From: Bacillaceae bacterium
GTDB lineage: Bacteria; Bacillota; Bacilli; Bacillales; Bacillaceae_C
Direction of reading: 5' to 3'
Length of the DNA: 54,647 nt
NCBI GenBank assembly: GCA_036516555.1
Contig: DATBUB010000339.1
Span: forward strand, 1 to 54,647
Positions 31,508 to 39,033 of the stretch are shown here, in pieces. Below the pieces are notes generated by a model. That model ran no database searches, was not told where the DNA came from, and saw only the letters and a list, made by a program, of their open reading frames with translations. The stretch's first letter is position 1; the number at the start of each line of letters is the position of its first letter. Both the position numbers and the translations under genes were made by a program.

Positions 31508-33106
31508 TTGCCTAATGAAGATTCAAAGCAGTTTCTTAAAGGGGCCTTTGTATTGGCTGCAGCTGCTTTTTTCGTAAAAATATTAAGCGCGGTTTATCGT
31601 GTGCCTTTTCAAAATATCGTGGGGGACGTCGGCTTTTACATATACCAGCAAGTATATCCGATTTATGGGCTTGCGGCTGTACTGGCTACCTCCGGTTTTC
31701 CTGTCATCGTTTCCCGTATAGCGGCTGAAAATGACGGGAAAGCATATCTGAAACAGAGGGTCCAGGCGGCGTTTCTCGCCATAGCGCTGGCGGGCACCAG
31801 CTTGTTTGCCCTGACCTTCTTTGGTGCCGGGCTTCTGGCTGGATGGATGGGCGATCCGCTGCTGGCCCCATTGATCAGAATCGTTTCTTATGTTTTTTTG
31901 TTGCTCCCATTCTTGTCGCTTTGGCGCGGACTGTATCAAGGAAGCGGAAAAATGCTCCCGCCAGCCGCCAGCCAAATGGCTGAACAAGCGGTCAGGGTCG
32001 GTGTCATCTTGTTTCTATCATCCTACCTGGTGAGACATGGATATTCCTTATATGCTGCAGGCCAGGGAGCCTTGGCGGGCTCGCTGGCAGGAGGGGCGGC
32101 CGGAGCCGCAGTTCTGGCTGCGTTTGCGTTAAAACATCGATCATTATGGCCGGTGAAATTGGCGGATGTATCTTTTTCTGAAATAAAGAAAACAGGCCGA
32201 ATTGTCCTTTTACAGGGGACTGCTATCTGTCTGAGCAGCCTCCTGCTCATTCTGTTTCAATTTGCGGACTCGCTGTTTTTATATTCCCGTATGGTCATAA
32301 GCGGAATCGATCCGCTTCAGGCAAAAGCTCTCAAAGGCGTTTTTGACCGGGGCCAGCCGCTCATCCAGTTGGGTACCGTAACGGCCAACGCTTTATCGCT
32401 CGCGCTTGTCCCCATGGTCGCATCCTCCTGGAAACAGTGCAATCAAGATGTTCTAAAGGGCAAGGTGCTTTCGGCCTTAAAATGGAGTGTGGTGATTGGT
32501 GCAGGGGCGTCTGCTGGACTTTTCAATATCATCAAGCCTGTGAATATCATGCTGTTCAAGACTGCGGACGGGTCGCTGGTGTTAGGGGTCTTGGGGCTGT
32601 CCATCTTTTTCAGTTCCATCCTCATTACAGCAGCCGGCGTGCTGCAGGGGATGGGACATGTATATGCACCGGCCCGCTACATGCTTTTGGGCCTTGGCAT
32701 CAAGGCCGCCGGCAATTGGCTGCTCATTCCTGAATGGGGGACGATGGGAGCGGCTGTATCCACTCTGCTTGGCCTTCTGGCTGCAAGTTTCTTTGTAATG
32801 AAAAAATTGAATGCGCATCTGGGTATGGGGAAAGCAATAAAGAATATGCTCCTTCCAATCGCTATGGCGGCAGCGGCCATGACAGCCGTTTTGCAGCTGT
32901 GGCTGCTTGTCCTCCAGAGCGCCGGTTTGACAGGCAGACTGTGGAGTACTGCAGCGGCTCTTTTGGGAGTGGCGGCAGGAGGGGCCGTGTATTTGTCGGT
33001 TATATTCAAGGGCCGCGTGTTTACGGAAGAAGAATCAGGAGTATTGCCGTATGGCAAAAGGGTTTATCGCTTTTTTCACAAACATAAAGGGAGGCCGCGG
33101 CCATGA
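31508..33106 (+). CDS. yabM: MOP/MurJ-superfamily polysaccharide or lipid-linked oligosaccharide flippase (YabM)
   Basis: 532 aa polytopic membrane protein. Size and position match B. subtilis YabM. TTG start. Confidence 0.88.
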   Translation: MPNEDSKQFLKGAFVLAAAAFFVKILSAVYRVPFQNIVGDVGFYIYQQVYPIYGLAAVLATSGFPVIVSRIAAENDGKAYLKQRVQAAFLAIALAGTSLFALTFFGAGLLAGWMGDPLLAPLIRIVSYVFLLLPFLSLWRGLYQGSGKMLPPAASQMAEQAVRVGVILFLSSYLVRHGYSLYAAGQGALAGSLAGGAAGAAVLAAFALKHRSLWPVKLADVSFSEIKKTGRIVLLQGTAICLSSLLLILFQFADSLFLYSRMVISGIDPLQAKALKGVFDRGQPLIQLGTVTANALSLALVPMVASSWKQCNQDVLKGKVLSALKWSVVIGAGASAGLFNIIKPVNIMLFKTADGSLVLGVLGLSIFFSSILITAAGVLQGMGHVYAPARYMLLGLGIKAAGNWLLIPEWGTMGAAVSTLLGLLAASFFVMKKLNAHLGMGKAIKNMLLPIAMAAAAMTAVLQLWLLVLQSAGLTGRLWSTAAALLGVAAGGAVYLSVIFKGRVFTEEESGVLPYGKRVYRFFHKHKGRPRP

Positions 33107-34563
33107 AGCAGATTACCATTATCGGGCTGGGGGCAGGAGAGTTGGACCAGCTTCCGCTCGGTGTTTACAAGCAATTGAAACAAGCAGACCAGCTATACTT
33201 AAGGACCGGGGAGCACCCGGCTGCCCGGCAGCTTGCAGAGGAGATTCAGTTTCAGACGTTTGATGCCGTTTATGAGAAACATGACCGCTTTGAGGCGGTG
33301 TATGAGGAGATAGCAGAGACGCTCCTTAAGAAGGCGACGGAAAACATGGTGGTCTATGCAGTGCCTGGCCATCCGATGGTGGCGGAGAAGACGGTTCAGC
33401 TTTTGCTGGAAAAAGGGCCTGAAAATGGCGTTGCGGTGCATATCGGCGGCGGGCACAGCTTTCTGGACAGCCTGTTTGCCGCCGTTAAAGCGGACCCGGT
33501 TGACGGTTTTCAGCTGCTGGATGGAACATCTCTCCGCAAGGAGGATATCAGGATGAACCAGCATTTGATCATCGCACAGGTGTATGATGCCTTCGTTGCC
33601 TCCGACGTCAAGCTGACTCTGATGGAAAAGTATCCGGATGATTACATGGTGACGATTGTGACCGCTGCGGGCAGCAGCGGCGAAAAAATAAAAACACTGC
33701 CTCTTTTTGAATTGGATCGTGAAATTGAATTGGACAACCTCACCAGTTTGTATGTCCCTCCGATACAGTCACGAGAGCTCACTTACAAAGAGTTTTCAGC
33801 TTTACGCGCTATTATTGCGGAATTGAGGGGCCCTAACGGGTGTCCGTGGGATAAAAAGCAGACGCATGCTTCCTTGAAAAAATATTTGATTGAGGAGGCC
33901 TATGAACTGCTGGATGCCATCGACCGGGATGATATTGATAACATGATCGAGGAATTGGGGGATGTTCTCCTTCAAGTGCTTCTCCATGCCCAAATCGGCG
34001 AGGACGAGGGGATGTTCTCCATAGAAGATGTGATAGAAAGCATTTCGGAGAAAATGGTCCGCCGCCACCCTCATGTATTTGGCGATGTGCTCGCTGAAGA
34101 TTCAGAGACGGTTGTTGCGAACTGGGAGAAAATCAAGGCGGAAGAAAAAGGGGCTGAGCAGCAGGAGAAGTCCATTCTGACCCAAACAGCTAAAGGCATT
34201 CCGGCCTTGCTCCGAGCATATGAATATCAAAAAATGGCGGCCAAGCACGGGTTTGATTGGGATCGGGCGGAAGAAGCCTGGGAAAAAGTAAAGGAAGAAA
34301 TGCAGGAATTTGAGGAAGAGATGACGAAAGGAAACAAACGGGAGCAATTCGATGAGATGGGTGATGTCCTTTTTGCAGTTGTCAATGCAGCTAGGCTGTC
34401 GGGGATTCATCCCGAAGAAGCCCTCCAGGCAGCTAATGAGAAGTTCTTCCGAAGATTTTCCTATGTCGAATCCAAGGTGCGTGAAAGCGGAAAGCCGTTT
34501 GAGGACTTTGCGCTGGAGAGCTTGGACGCATTTTGGAACGAGGCAAAGAAACAGGGGCTTTAA
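33103..34563 (+). CDS. yabN: YabN: tetrapyrrole-methylase-like domain fused to MazG nucleoside triphosphate pyrophosphohydrolase
   Basis: The C-terminal half carries tandem MazG motifs (CPWDKKQTH..EEAYE; EE.GDVL). ATGA overlap with yabM. Confidence 0.93.
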   Translation: MKQITIIGLGAGELDQLPLGVYKQLKQADQLYLRTGEHPAARQLAEEIQFQTFDAVYEKHDRFEAVYEEIAETLLKKATENMVVYAVPGHPMVAEKTVQLLLEKGPENGVAVHIGGGHSFLDSLFAAVKADPVDGFQLLDGTSLRKEDIRMNQHLIIAQVYDAFVASDVKLTLMEKYPDDYMVTIVTAAGSSGEKIKTLPLFELDREIELDNLTSLYVPPIQSRELTYKEFSALRAIIAELRGPNGCPWDKKQTHASLKKYLIEEAYELLDAIDRDDIDNMIEELGDVLLQVLLHAQIGEDEGMFSIEDVIESISEKMVRRHPHVFGDVLAEDSETVVANWEKIKAEEKGAEQQEKSILTQTAKGIPALLRAYEYQKMAAKHGFDWDRAEEAWEKVKEEMQEFEEEMTKGNKREQFDEMGDVLFAVVNAARLSGIHPEEALQAANEKFFRRFSYVESKVRESGKPFEDFALESLDAFWNEAKKQGL

Positions 34564-34580
34564 GAGAGAGGTGATAGGAC

Positions 34581-34856
34581 ATGGCAACCATGCGTTTGGA
34601 TAAATTTTTAAAGGTATCCCGGCTGATCAAGAGGAGGACCCTTGCCAAAGAAGTGGCCGACAAAGGCCGCATTTCCATTAACGGTCAGCAGGCGAAAGCC
34701 AGCTCAAATGTCAAAGTGGGCGATGAACTCGAAATCCGATTCGGACAAAAGCTGGTGACGGTCAAGGTGGAAGAGCTTCAGGAGTCCACAAAAAAAGAGG
34801 ATGCCGCCAATATGTTTTCCGTTTTGAAAGAAGAGCGGATTGCGGAAGAAGAGTAA
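34581..34856 (+). CDS. yabO: S4-domain RNA-binding protein YabO (RqcP, ribosome quality control)
   Basis: [22 protein letters not shown]...[11 protein letters not shown]...[15 protein letters not shown] is near-identical to B. subtilis YabO. Confidence 0.93.
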   Translation: MATMRLDKFLKVSRLIKRRTLAKEVADKGRISINGQQAKASSNVKVGDELEIRFGQKLVTVKVEELQESTKKEDAANMFSVLKEERIAEEE

Positions 34857-34895
34857 GAAGGAATACAAATGGCTCCTTCGCTGTGCATAATATGT

Positions 34896-34933
34896 AAAAA
34901 GTACATCACAGAAAAGTTGTGATGTACTTTTTT
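34896..34933 (+). terminator. rho-independent terminator after yabO
   Basis: Perfect 15-bp stem aaaaagtacatcaca / tgtgatgtacttttt with loop gaaaagt. Confidence 0.9.
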
Positions 34934-34959
34934 ATGTTGAAGAAAGGGAGAGTGGCGAT

Positions 34960-35142
34960 ATGTCAGAAGACAGAGAAAGATTAAAAGCCAAAGAAGAACT
35001 AAACAACCCGGGAGGCACTCTGAATAATGCTCTTGCCAGAGCCTTTACCGGTGCCCCGGGCAGCGGCTGTCTGGTAAATCTTCTATCACTGGGATTGATC
35101 CTGGTGTTATGGATAATATTTAAGTCTTGTTCCGCTTTCTAA
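34960..35142 (+). CDS. hypothetical small membrane protein (60 aa, one C-terminal TM helix)
   Basis: AAGGGAGAG RBS 7 nt upstream of the ATG. It starts just after the yabO terminator. The hydrophilic N-terminus is followed by LVNLLSLGLILVLWIIF. I recognise no family, and B. subtilis has no gene at this position as I recall it. Confidence 0.45.
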   Translation: MSEDRERLKAKEELNNPGGTLNNALARAFTGAPGSGCLVNLLSLGLILVLWIIFKSCSAF

Positions 35143-35231
35143 GTCGGCTGAACGGAGCAGGGCTTCCTGTTCTATTTGTCCATCTCCCTACATAAGTATG
35201 TAAAAAATCGGTGCGAAAAAGAGGGATGATG

Positions 35232-35537
35232 ATGAATCAATACTACGAACAGAACCCGGCGGGAAAAGGGACGATGCCGGACCATGATATCGTAATGAGG
35301 GGCCGGCGGCTGCTGGATATTACGGGAGTTAAGCAGGTGGAAAGCTTCGACAACGAAGAATTTCTTCTTGAAACCGTCATGGGTTTTTTGTCTGTCAGAG
35401 GACAAAACCTGCAAATGAAGAATCTGGATGTCGATAAAGGAGTCGTTTCCATCAAAGGAAAGGTGTTTGATCTTGTTTATCTGGACGATCACCATGGGGA
35501 GAAAGCTAAAGGGTTCTTTGGCAAGCTGTTCCGATGA
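35232..35537 (+). CDS. yabP: sporulation protein YabP
   Basis: HDIVMRGRRLLDITGVKQVESFDNEEFLLETVMGFLSVRGQNLQMKNLDVDKGVVSIKGKV is near-identical to B. subtilis YabP. Three consecutive ATGs sit at 35226-35234. A weak sigma-E-like TCTATTT-N13-CATAAGTAT lies upstream (~35170-35199). Confidence 0.94.
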   Translation: MNQYYEQNPAGKGTMPDHDIVMRGRRLLDITGVKQVESFDNEEFLLETVMGFLSVRGQNLQMKNLDVDKGVVSIKGKVFDLVYLDDHHGEKAKGFFGKLFR

Positions 35538-36175
35538 GCTTGCCGGTGCAATTTTATACTTTGCTTGCCATGATTGGAATGGGAAGCTTTTTTGGCGCCG
35601 CGCTCGACACGTACCAGCGGTTTTTAAAGCGCAAAAGCCGGAAGGTCTGGATCGTATTCATCAATGACATCCTCTTCTGGATACTGCATGGTCTCATTAT
35701 GTTCTATATTCTATTCCAGGTAAATTATGGAGAGCTTCGCTTTTATCTGGTTCTTGCCCTCTTGTGCGGATTTGCCGCCTATCAGGCTTTGTTTAAGACA
35801 AGCTATATGAAAATGCTGGAGTGGGGCATCCGTTTTGTGACAGCGAGCGCGAGGTTTATCCGCAGGCTTTTTCAAATTTTGGTCTATACTCCAATCAAGG
35901 GTTTGATTTTGCTGCTGGTTTCAACGGTCCTGTTTATCGGCAAGGCACTTTTGGGTCTTGTAACTATTACTGGAAAAGTGTTATTATGGGTGTTAAAGAT
36001 CATGATTAAACCTTTTTTGATTTTGGCCAAGCTCCTCTGGTACCTCGTGCCGAAACCCGTCAAAAAGAGTGTCGGACAATTATGGAGCCACTTGGCAGGA
36101 GTTTTAAAGGCTGGAAAGAATATAAGCATAAAAGGGTATCATGCGATCAGGAGCCTATTTAACAGAAAAAGATAA
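35534..36175 (+). CDS. yabQ: spore cortex biosynthesis membrane protein YabQ
   Basis: 213 aa multi-TM protein. ATGA overlap with yabP. Size and position match B. subtilis. Confidence 0.88.
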   Translation: MSLPVQFYTLLAMIGMGSFFGAALDTYQRFLKRKSRKVWIVFINDILFWILHGLIMFYILFQVNYGELRFYLVLALLCGFAAYQALFKTSYMKMLEWGIRFVTASARFIRRLFQILVYTPIKGLILLLVSTVLFIGKALLGLVTITGKVLLWVLKIMIKPFLILAKLLWYLVPKPVKKSVGQLWSHLAGVLKAGKNISIKGYHAIRSLFNRKR

Positions 36176-36187
36176 GGAGGCCTCAGG

Positions 36188-36583
36188 GTGGGAGATAAGC
36201 AGCAACGTATGTCCATTGCTTCATTGGAGACCAATTATATGAAACAGCAGGAAATGGCAATGAGGAAGGCAGCCAGAAGGCGCAAGCTGCTGTACCGACG
36301 CTTATCGGTTTTTCTGATCCTGACGGTGGCCGTGTCCTATCTGCTGATTTCCACATTGGTATCCAGGAATGCTGTATTGGAAGCGAAGAAACAGGAACGA
36401 GCAAAACTGGAGCAAAAGCTGGCCACACTGGAAAAGAAACAGTCCATGCTGGAAAATGAAATCGTGAAGCTCAATGACGATGAATACATAGCAAAACTGG
36501 CCAGAAGCGAGTACTTTCTCTCGGATAAGGGTGAAGTCATCTTTAATATACCGGAGCCCAAAAAGAAAGATGAGGATGAATAG
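36188..36583 (+). CDS. divIC: cell division protein DivIC (FtsB/DivIC septum formation initiator family)
   Basis: Basic N-terminus, single TM helix, coiled coil, and the C-terminal ..DEYIAKLARSEYFLSDKGEVIF motif. GTG start 7 nt after AAGGAGG. Confidence 0.92.
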   Translation: MGDKQQRMSIASLETNYMKQQEMAMRKAARRRKLLYRRLSVFLILTVAVSYLLISTLVSRNAVLEAKKQERAKLEQKLATLEKKQSMLENEIVKLNDDEYIAKLARSEYFLSDKGEVIFNIPEPKKKDEDE

Positions 36584-36668
36584 GTGTCTCATTGACACTT
36601 TTTTTTTAAGTCCGATATAATATAGAATAAGGTTTATTTTTTATACTTTAAGGAGGATAAATTTTTTT

Positions 36669-37085
36669 ATGTCGATCGAAGTAGGCAGCAAGTTACAAGG
36701 GAAAGTAACAGGCATCACTCATTTTGGAGCGTTTGTGGAGTTGCCCGAAGGCTCAACGGGACTTGTTCACATCAGTGAAGTAGCCGATAATTATGTAAAA
36801 GACATCAACGAGCATTTAAAAGTCGGCGACCAGGTGCTGGTTAAAGTTCTGAATGTTGAGAAGGACGGGAAGATTGGACTGTCAATCCGTAAAGCTAAAG
36901 ACCAGCCTCCGGCACAATCGCATTCGAACCAGCGTCCTCGCCATAACAGAGCGAATGATTTTCGTACAAAAGAAAGCTTTGAGCAAAAAATGAACCGTTT
37001 CCTCAAAGAAAGTGAAGACCGTTTATCATCGCTTAAACGCAACACGGAATCGAAGCGCGGTGGACGTGGAGCGAGAAGAGGTTAA
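36669..37085 (+). CDS. yabR: S1-domain RNA-binding protein YabR
   Basis: EVGSKLQGKVTGITHFGAFVELPEGSTGLVHISEVAD.YVKDI is an S1 domain, followed by a basic C-terminal tail. Confidence 0.93.
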   Translation: MSIEVGSKLQGKVTGITHFGAFVELPEGSTGLVHISEVADNYVKDINEHLKVGDQVLVKVLNVEKDGKIGLSIRKAKDQPPAQSHSNQRPRHNRANDFRTKESFEQKMNRFLKESEDRLSSLKRNTESKRGGRGARRG

Positions 37086-37116
37086 CTTGCTGTCTGTTTA
37101 TGTATAGAGCGAGTTT

Positions 37117-37156
37117 GCGGCAAATCTGTCCAGATGACGATTTGCCGCTTTTTTTT
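37117..37156. terminator. bidirectional rho-independent terminator (yabR + / DUF3784 gene -)
   Basis: Perfect 10-bp stem gcggcaaatc / gatttgccgc, followed by a T8 run that abuts the minus-strand gene's stop codon. Confidence 0.85.
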
Positions 37157-37463
37157 ATGTCTTTTTAAACCGCTGTCCAAATGAAGAAAATACTAAGCTT
37201 AAGATAACAATACTTACAAAAACAATAGTACCGATAATGTATAGTACATTGTTTTGTAATACGTCGCTTAATAACCAAAATACCATGCTTGCGGATAGAG
37301 CCAGAAATGTTTTTCCATAGTATCGGCTTAATGCCATTTTATCGTATTTTGCTTTTTCTTCTTTTGGCAACGTATTAAATCCCGCAATGAGAAAGGTTCC
37401 TTTTCCATTTAATAAAAAAACACCAAAAACAGCAAATAAAAACATAAAAATAATTATGATCAT
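37155..37463 (-). CDS. DUF3784-family small membrane protein
   Basis: 102 aa. TM1 is followed by LLNGKGTFLIAGFNTLPKEEKAKYDKMAL, then two more TM helices, the pattern I associate with DUF3784. The gene is visibly AT-rich compared with its neighbours. GGAGG RBS (complement of 37471-37475). Confidence 0.75.
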   Translation of the reverse strand: MIIIIFMFLFAVFGVFLLNGKGTFLIAGFNTLPKEEKAKYDKMALSRYYGKTFLALSASMVFWLLSDVLQNNVLYIIGTIVFVSIVILSLVFSSFGQRFKKT

Positions 37464-37625
37464 GGTAACACCTCCATAAAGCTATGGTTCTTATGGTTAA
37501 ATACGAAGGCTTGCTGAAAAAGTTTTAGAGAAGAAGGCAAGAAATACAGTTTACTAATAACTGGAAGGGTTTCTGATGGGTTTTGGGAATATCAATCACC
37601 CTGGCGAAAAAGATAAAAAAGGACA

Positions 37626-37654
37626 TTGACAAGATTTTAAGCTTTATGTAATAT
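37626..37654 (+). promoter_or_regulatory. sigma-A promoter of the tRNA-Met/tRNA-Glu unit
   Basis: TTGACA (37626-37631), 17 nt, TAATAT (37649-37654), about 20 nt upstream of tRNA-Met. Confidence 0.6.
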
Positions 37655-37674
37655 AGACATTGTGCTTTTTATTT

Positions 37675-37748
37675 GGCGGCGTAGCTCAGCTGGCTAGAGC
37701 GTACGGTTCATACCCGTGAGGTCGTGGGTTAGATCCCCTCCGCCGCTA
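37675..37748 (+). tRNA. trnM: tRNA-Met (anticodon CAT) with an atypical T-arm
   Basis: Cloverleaf by eye: acceptor GGCGGCG/CGCCGCT, D-arm GCTC-AGCTGGCTA-GAGC, anticodon arm TACGG-TTCATAC-CCGTG. The T-arm is GTGGG-TTAGATC-CCCTC, with a T:T mismatch and A where C56 is conserved. No encoded CCA. Confidence 0.8.
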
Positions 37749-37752
37749 TTGA

Positions 37753-38030
37753 GGAAATACGAAGGCGACTGCCCGGACGCGACAAGCGCTGGAGTGCCTG
37801 TCGGAAAAGCCGAGAGGCTTTGACAGAAGGCGCGAAGCGACCTCGAGCGTCCAGGAGCCGTAGCTGGACAGAGAAAAGCTGAAGGCGCCTGCTTAGCCCC
37901 GACAAGCATAAGACGGATTACGCAAGAGGTCCTGACCTCTGTAGTGATACGGCTTATGACCTCGAGGGGCTGGCGTCTGAAGCTGGACAAGGAAATGCGA
38001 AGGCGACTGCCCGGACGCGACAAGCGCTGG
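37753..38030 (+). repeat. ~119-bp tandem repeat (about 2.3 units) filling the tRNA-Met/tRNA-Glu spacer
   Basis: The 40-mers at 37753-37792 and 37991-38030 are 39/40 identical (GGAAAT[A/G]CGAAGGCGACTGCCCGGACGCGACAAGCGCTGG). A diverged middle unit recurs at a 118-120 bp offset, marked by GAAGGCG (37761/37881/37999), GACCTCGAG (37839/37958) and AGCTGGACA (37862/37981). Confidence 0.85.
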
Positions 38031-38051
38031 GCATCACCTTGATAATGCCGA

Positions 38052-38123
38052 GGCCCCTTGGTCAAGCGGTTAAGACACCGCCCTTTCACGGCGGTAACAC
38101 GGGTTCGAATCCCGTAGGGGTCA
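38052..38123 (+). tRNA. trnE: tRNA-Glu (anticodon TTC)
   Basis: GGCCCCTTGGTCAAGCGGTTAAGACACCGCCCTTTCACGGCGGTAACACGGGTTCGAATCCCGTAGGGGTCA is a canonical cloverleaf, near-identical to B. subtilis tRNA-Glu. No encoded CCA. Confidence 0.95.
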
Positions 38124-38136
38124 TCTAAGAAGAATA

Positions 38137-38175
38137 AAAAACCGTTATGCCGTAACCGTGCATAGCGGTTTTTTC
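38137..38175 (+). terminator. rho-independent terminator of the tRNA unit
   Basis: Stem aaaaccgttatg / catagcggtttt (one G:T pair), followed by a T-run. Confidence 0.75.
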
Positions 38176-38205
38176 GTTTCTCTGCTTAAAAGCACATAAC
38201 AAACC

Positions 38206-38323
38206 AGTTACGAGAATAATCTTCAAGTTACGGAATTAATGAAAAAGTTACGGAATTACGACGGGGAGTCACGGGAATAACTATGAAAGTTACGGAATTA
38301 CAACAGAAAGTCACGGAAATACA
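38206..38323 (+). repeat. six-copy direct-repeat array with 20-21 bp period (iteron-like)
   Basis: Copies start at 38206, 38226, 38246, 38267, 38288 and 38309. The core is AGTYACGGRAWTAM (AGTTACGAGAATAA, AGTTACGGAATTAA, AGTTACGGAATTAC, AGTCACGGGAATAA, AGTTACGGAATTAC, AGTCACGGAAATAC), separated by 6-7 variable nt. Confidence 0.9.
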
Positions 38324-38469
38324 AGCCGGATGCCTCTAGATGCACTTCGTCGCCCGTTGGTTTTAAAAAGAATGCCTTGTTGATATTTAAAAGGCTACTT
38401 CAATATTAAACATTAAAATACGTTCATTCCTTCATGCAATTCTCTGCCTAAAAAGCACGCCTGCTCCCA

Positions 38470-38661
38470 TTATGAATGAGAATGGTGTGAGGATTGGTGC
38501 AGGCTTATATCATTATGCAGCCGAGCTGTATCAACCATGCGCCGATTGTGATCCTCCAAGTCCTGTTGCTGCCTGCTGGCTGCTTTTATAAACCGCAGCT
38601 CATCCTTTAGTCTTCTTTTTTGTCTCCGCTCCGCCATAAATTTTTTCCAAAATGAAAACAC
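38470..38661 (-). CDS. hypothetical small basic protein (about 63 aa, His/Ser-rich C-terminus)
   Basis: The GTG at 38661 lies 8 nt downstream of AAGGAGG (complement of 38670-38676). The product is VFSFWKKFMAERRQKRRLKDELRFIKAASRQQQDLEDHNRRMVDTARLHNDISLHQSSHHSHS. An alternative ATG is at 38637. I recognise no family. Confidence 0.45.
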   Translation of the reverse strand: MFSFWKKFMAERRQKRRLKDELRFIKAASRQQQDLEDHNRRMVDTARLHNDISLHQSSHHSHS

Positions 38662-39033
38662 ATTCACCGCCTCCTTATCAATAGTATAAACCAAAACAAA
38701 GGAAATTTTAAAAATATTCCAAAAAAGGTGCCAGAAATCCAAATTCTTTGTAAACCACTTTATGCAAAATACTTTGCTACAAAAATGTCAGAATTATCGG
38801 TTTACACGACAAGATGCAACGGATTGTAAAGAAGCGGTTTCCAAATGAGAATTTTCAGTGGCAAAAACACGGGCATTCTTTATGCAGAGCGGTTTTCGGA
38901 CAGTGCGAGAGAAAATAAAACCTTACCCTTTTATAAATTGAATACCCCGGTAAACATGTCAAATTCCGCTCAACAGCAGGCATGGGAACGCCATCCGCTT
39001 CCGGAAAAAAGTTTTTGTCTACAATCTGTCCAG

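Noticed and set aside
37694-38089. 131-aa minus-strand ORF spanning tRNA-Met, the spacer and tRNA-Glu.
   Set aside because: It overlaps two tRNA genes antisense and has no RBS. The open frame arises from GC-rich repeat DNA.
38206-38323. CRISPR array interpretation of the 20-21-bp repeats.
   Set aside because: The repeat cores are only about 14 nt with 6-7-nt spacers, far below CRISPR repeat and spacer sizes. No cas genes or leader are in the window.
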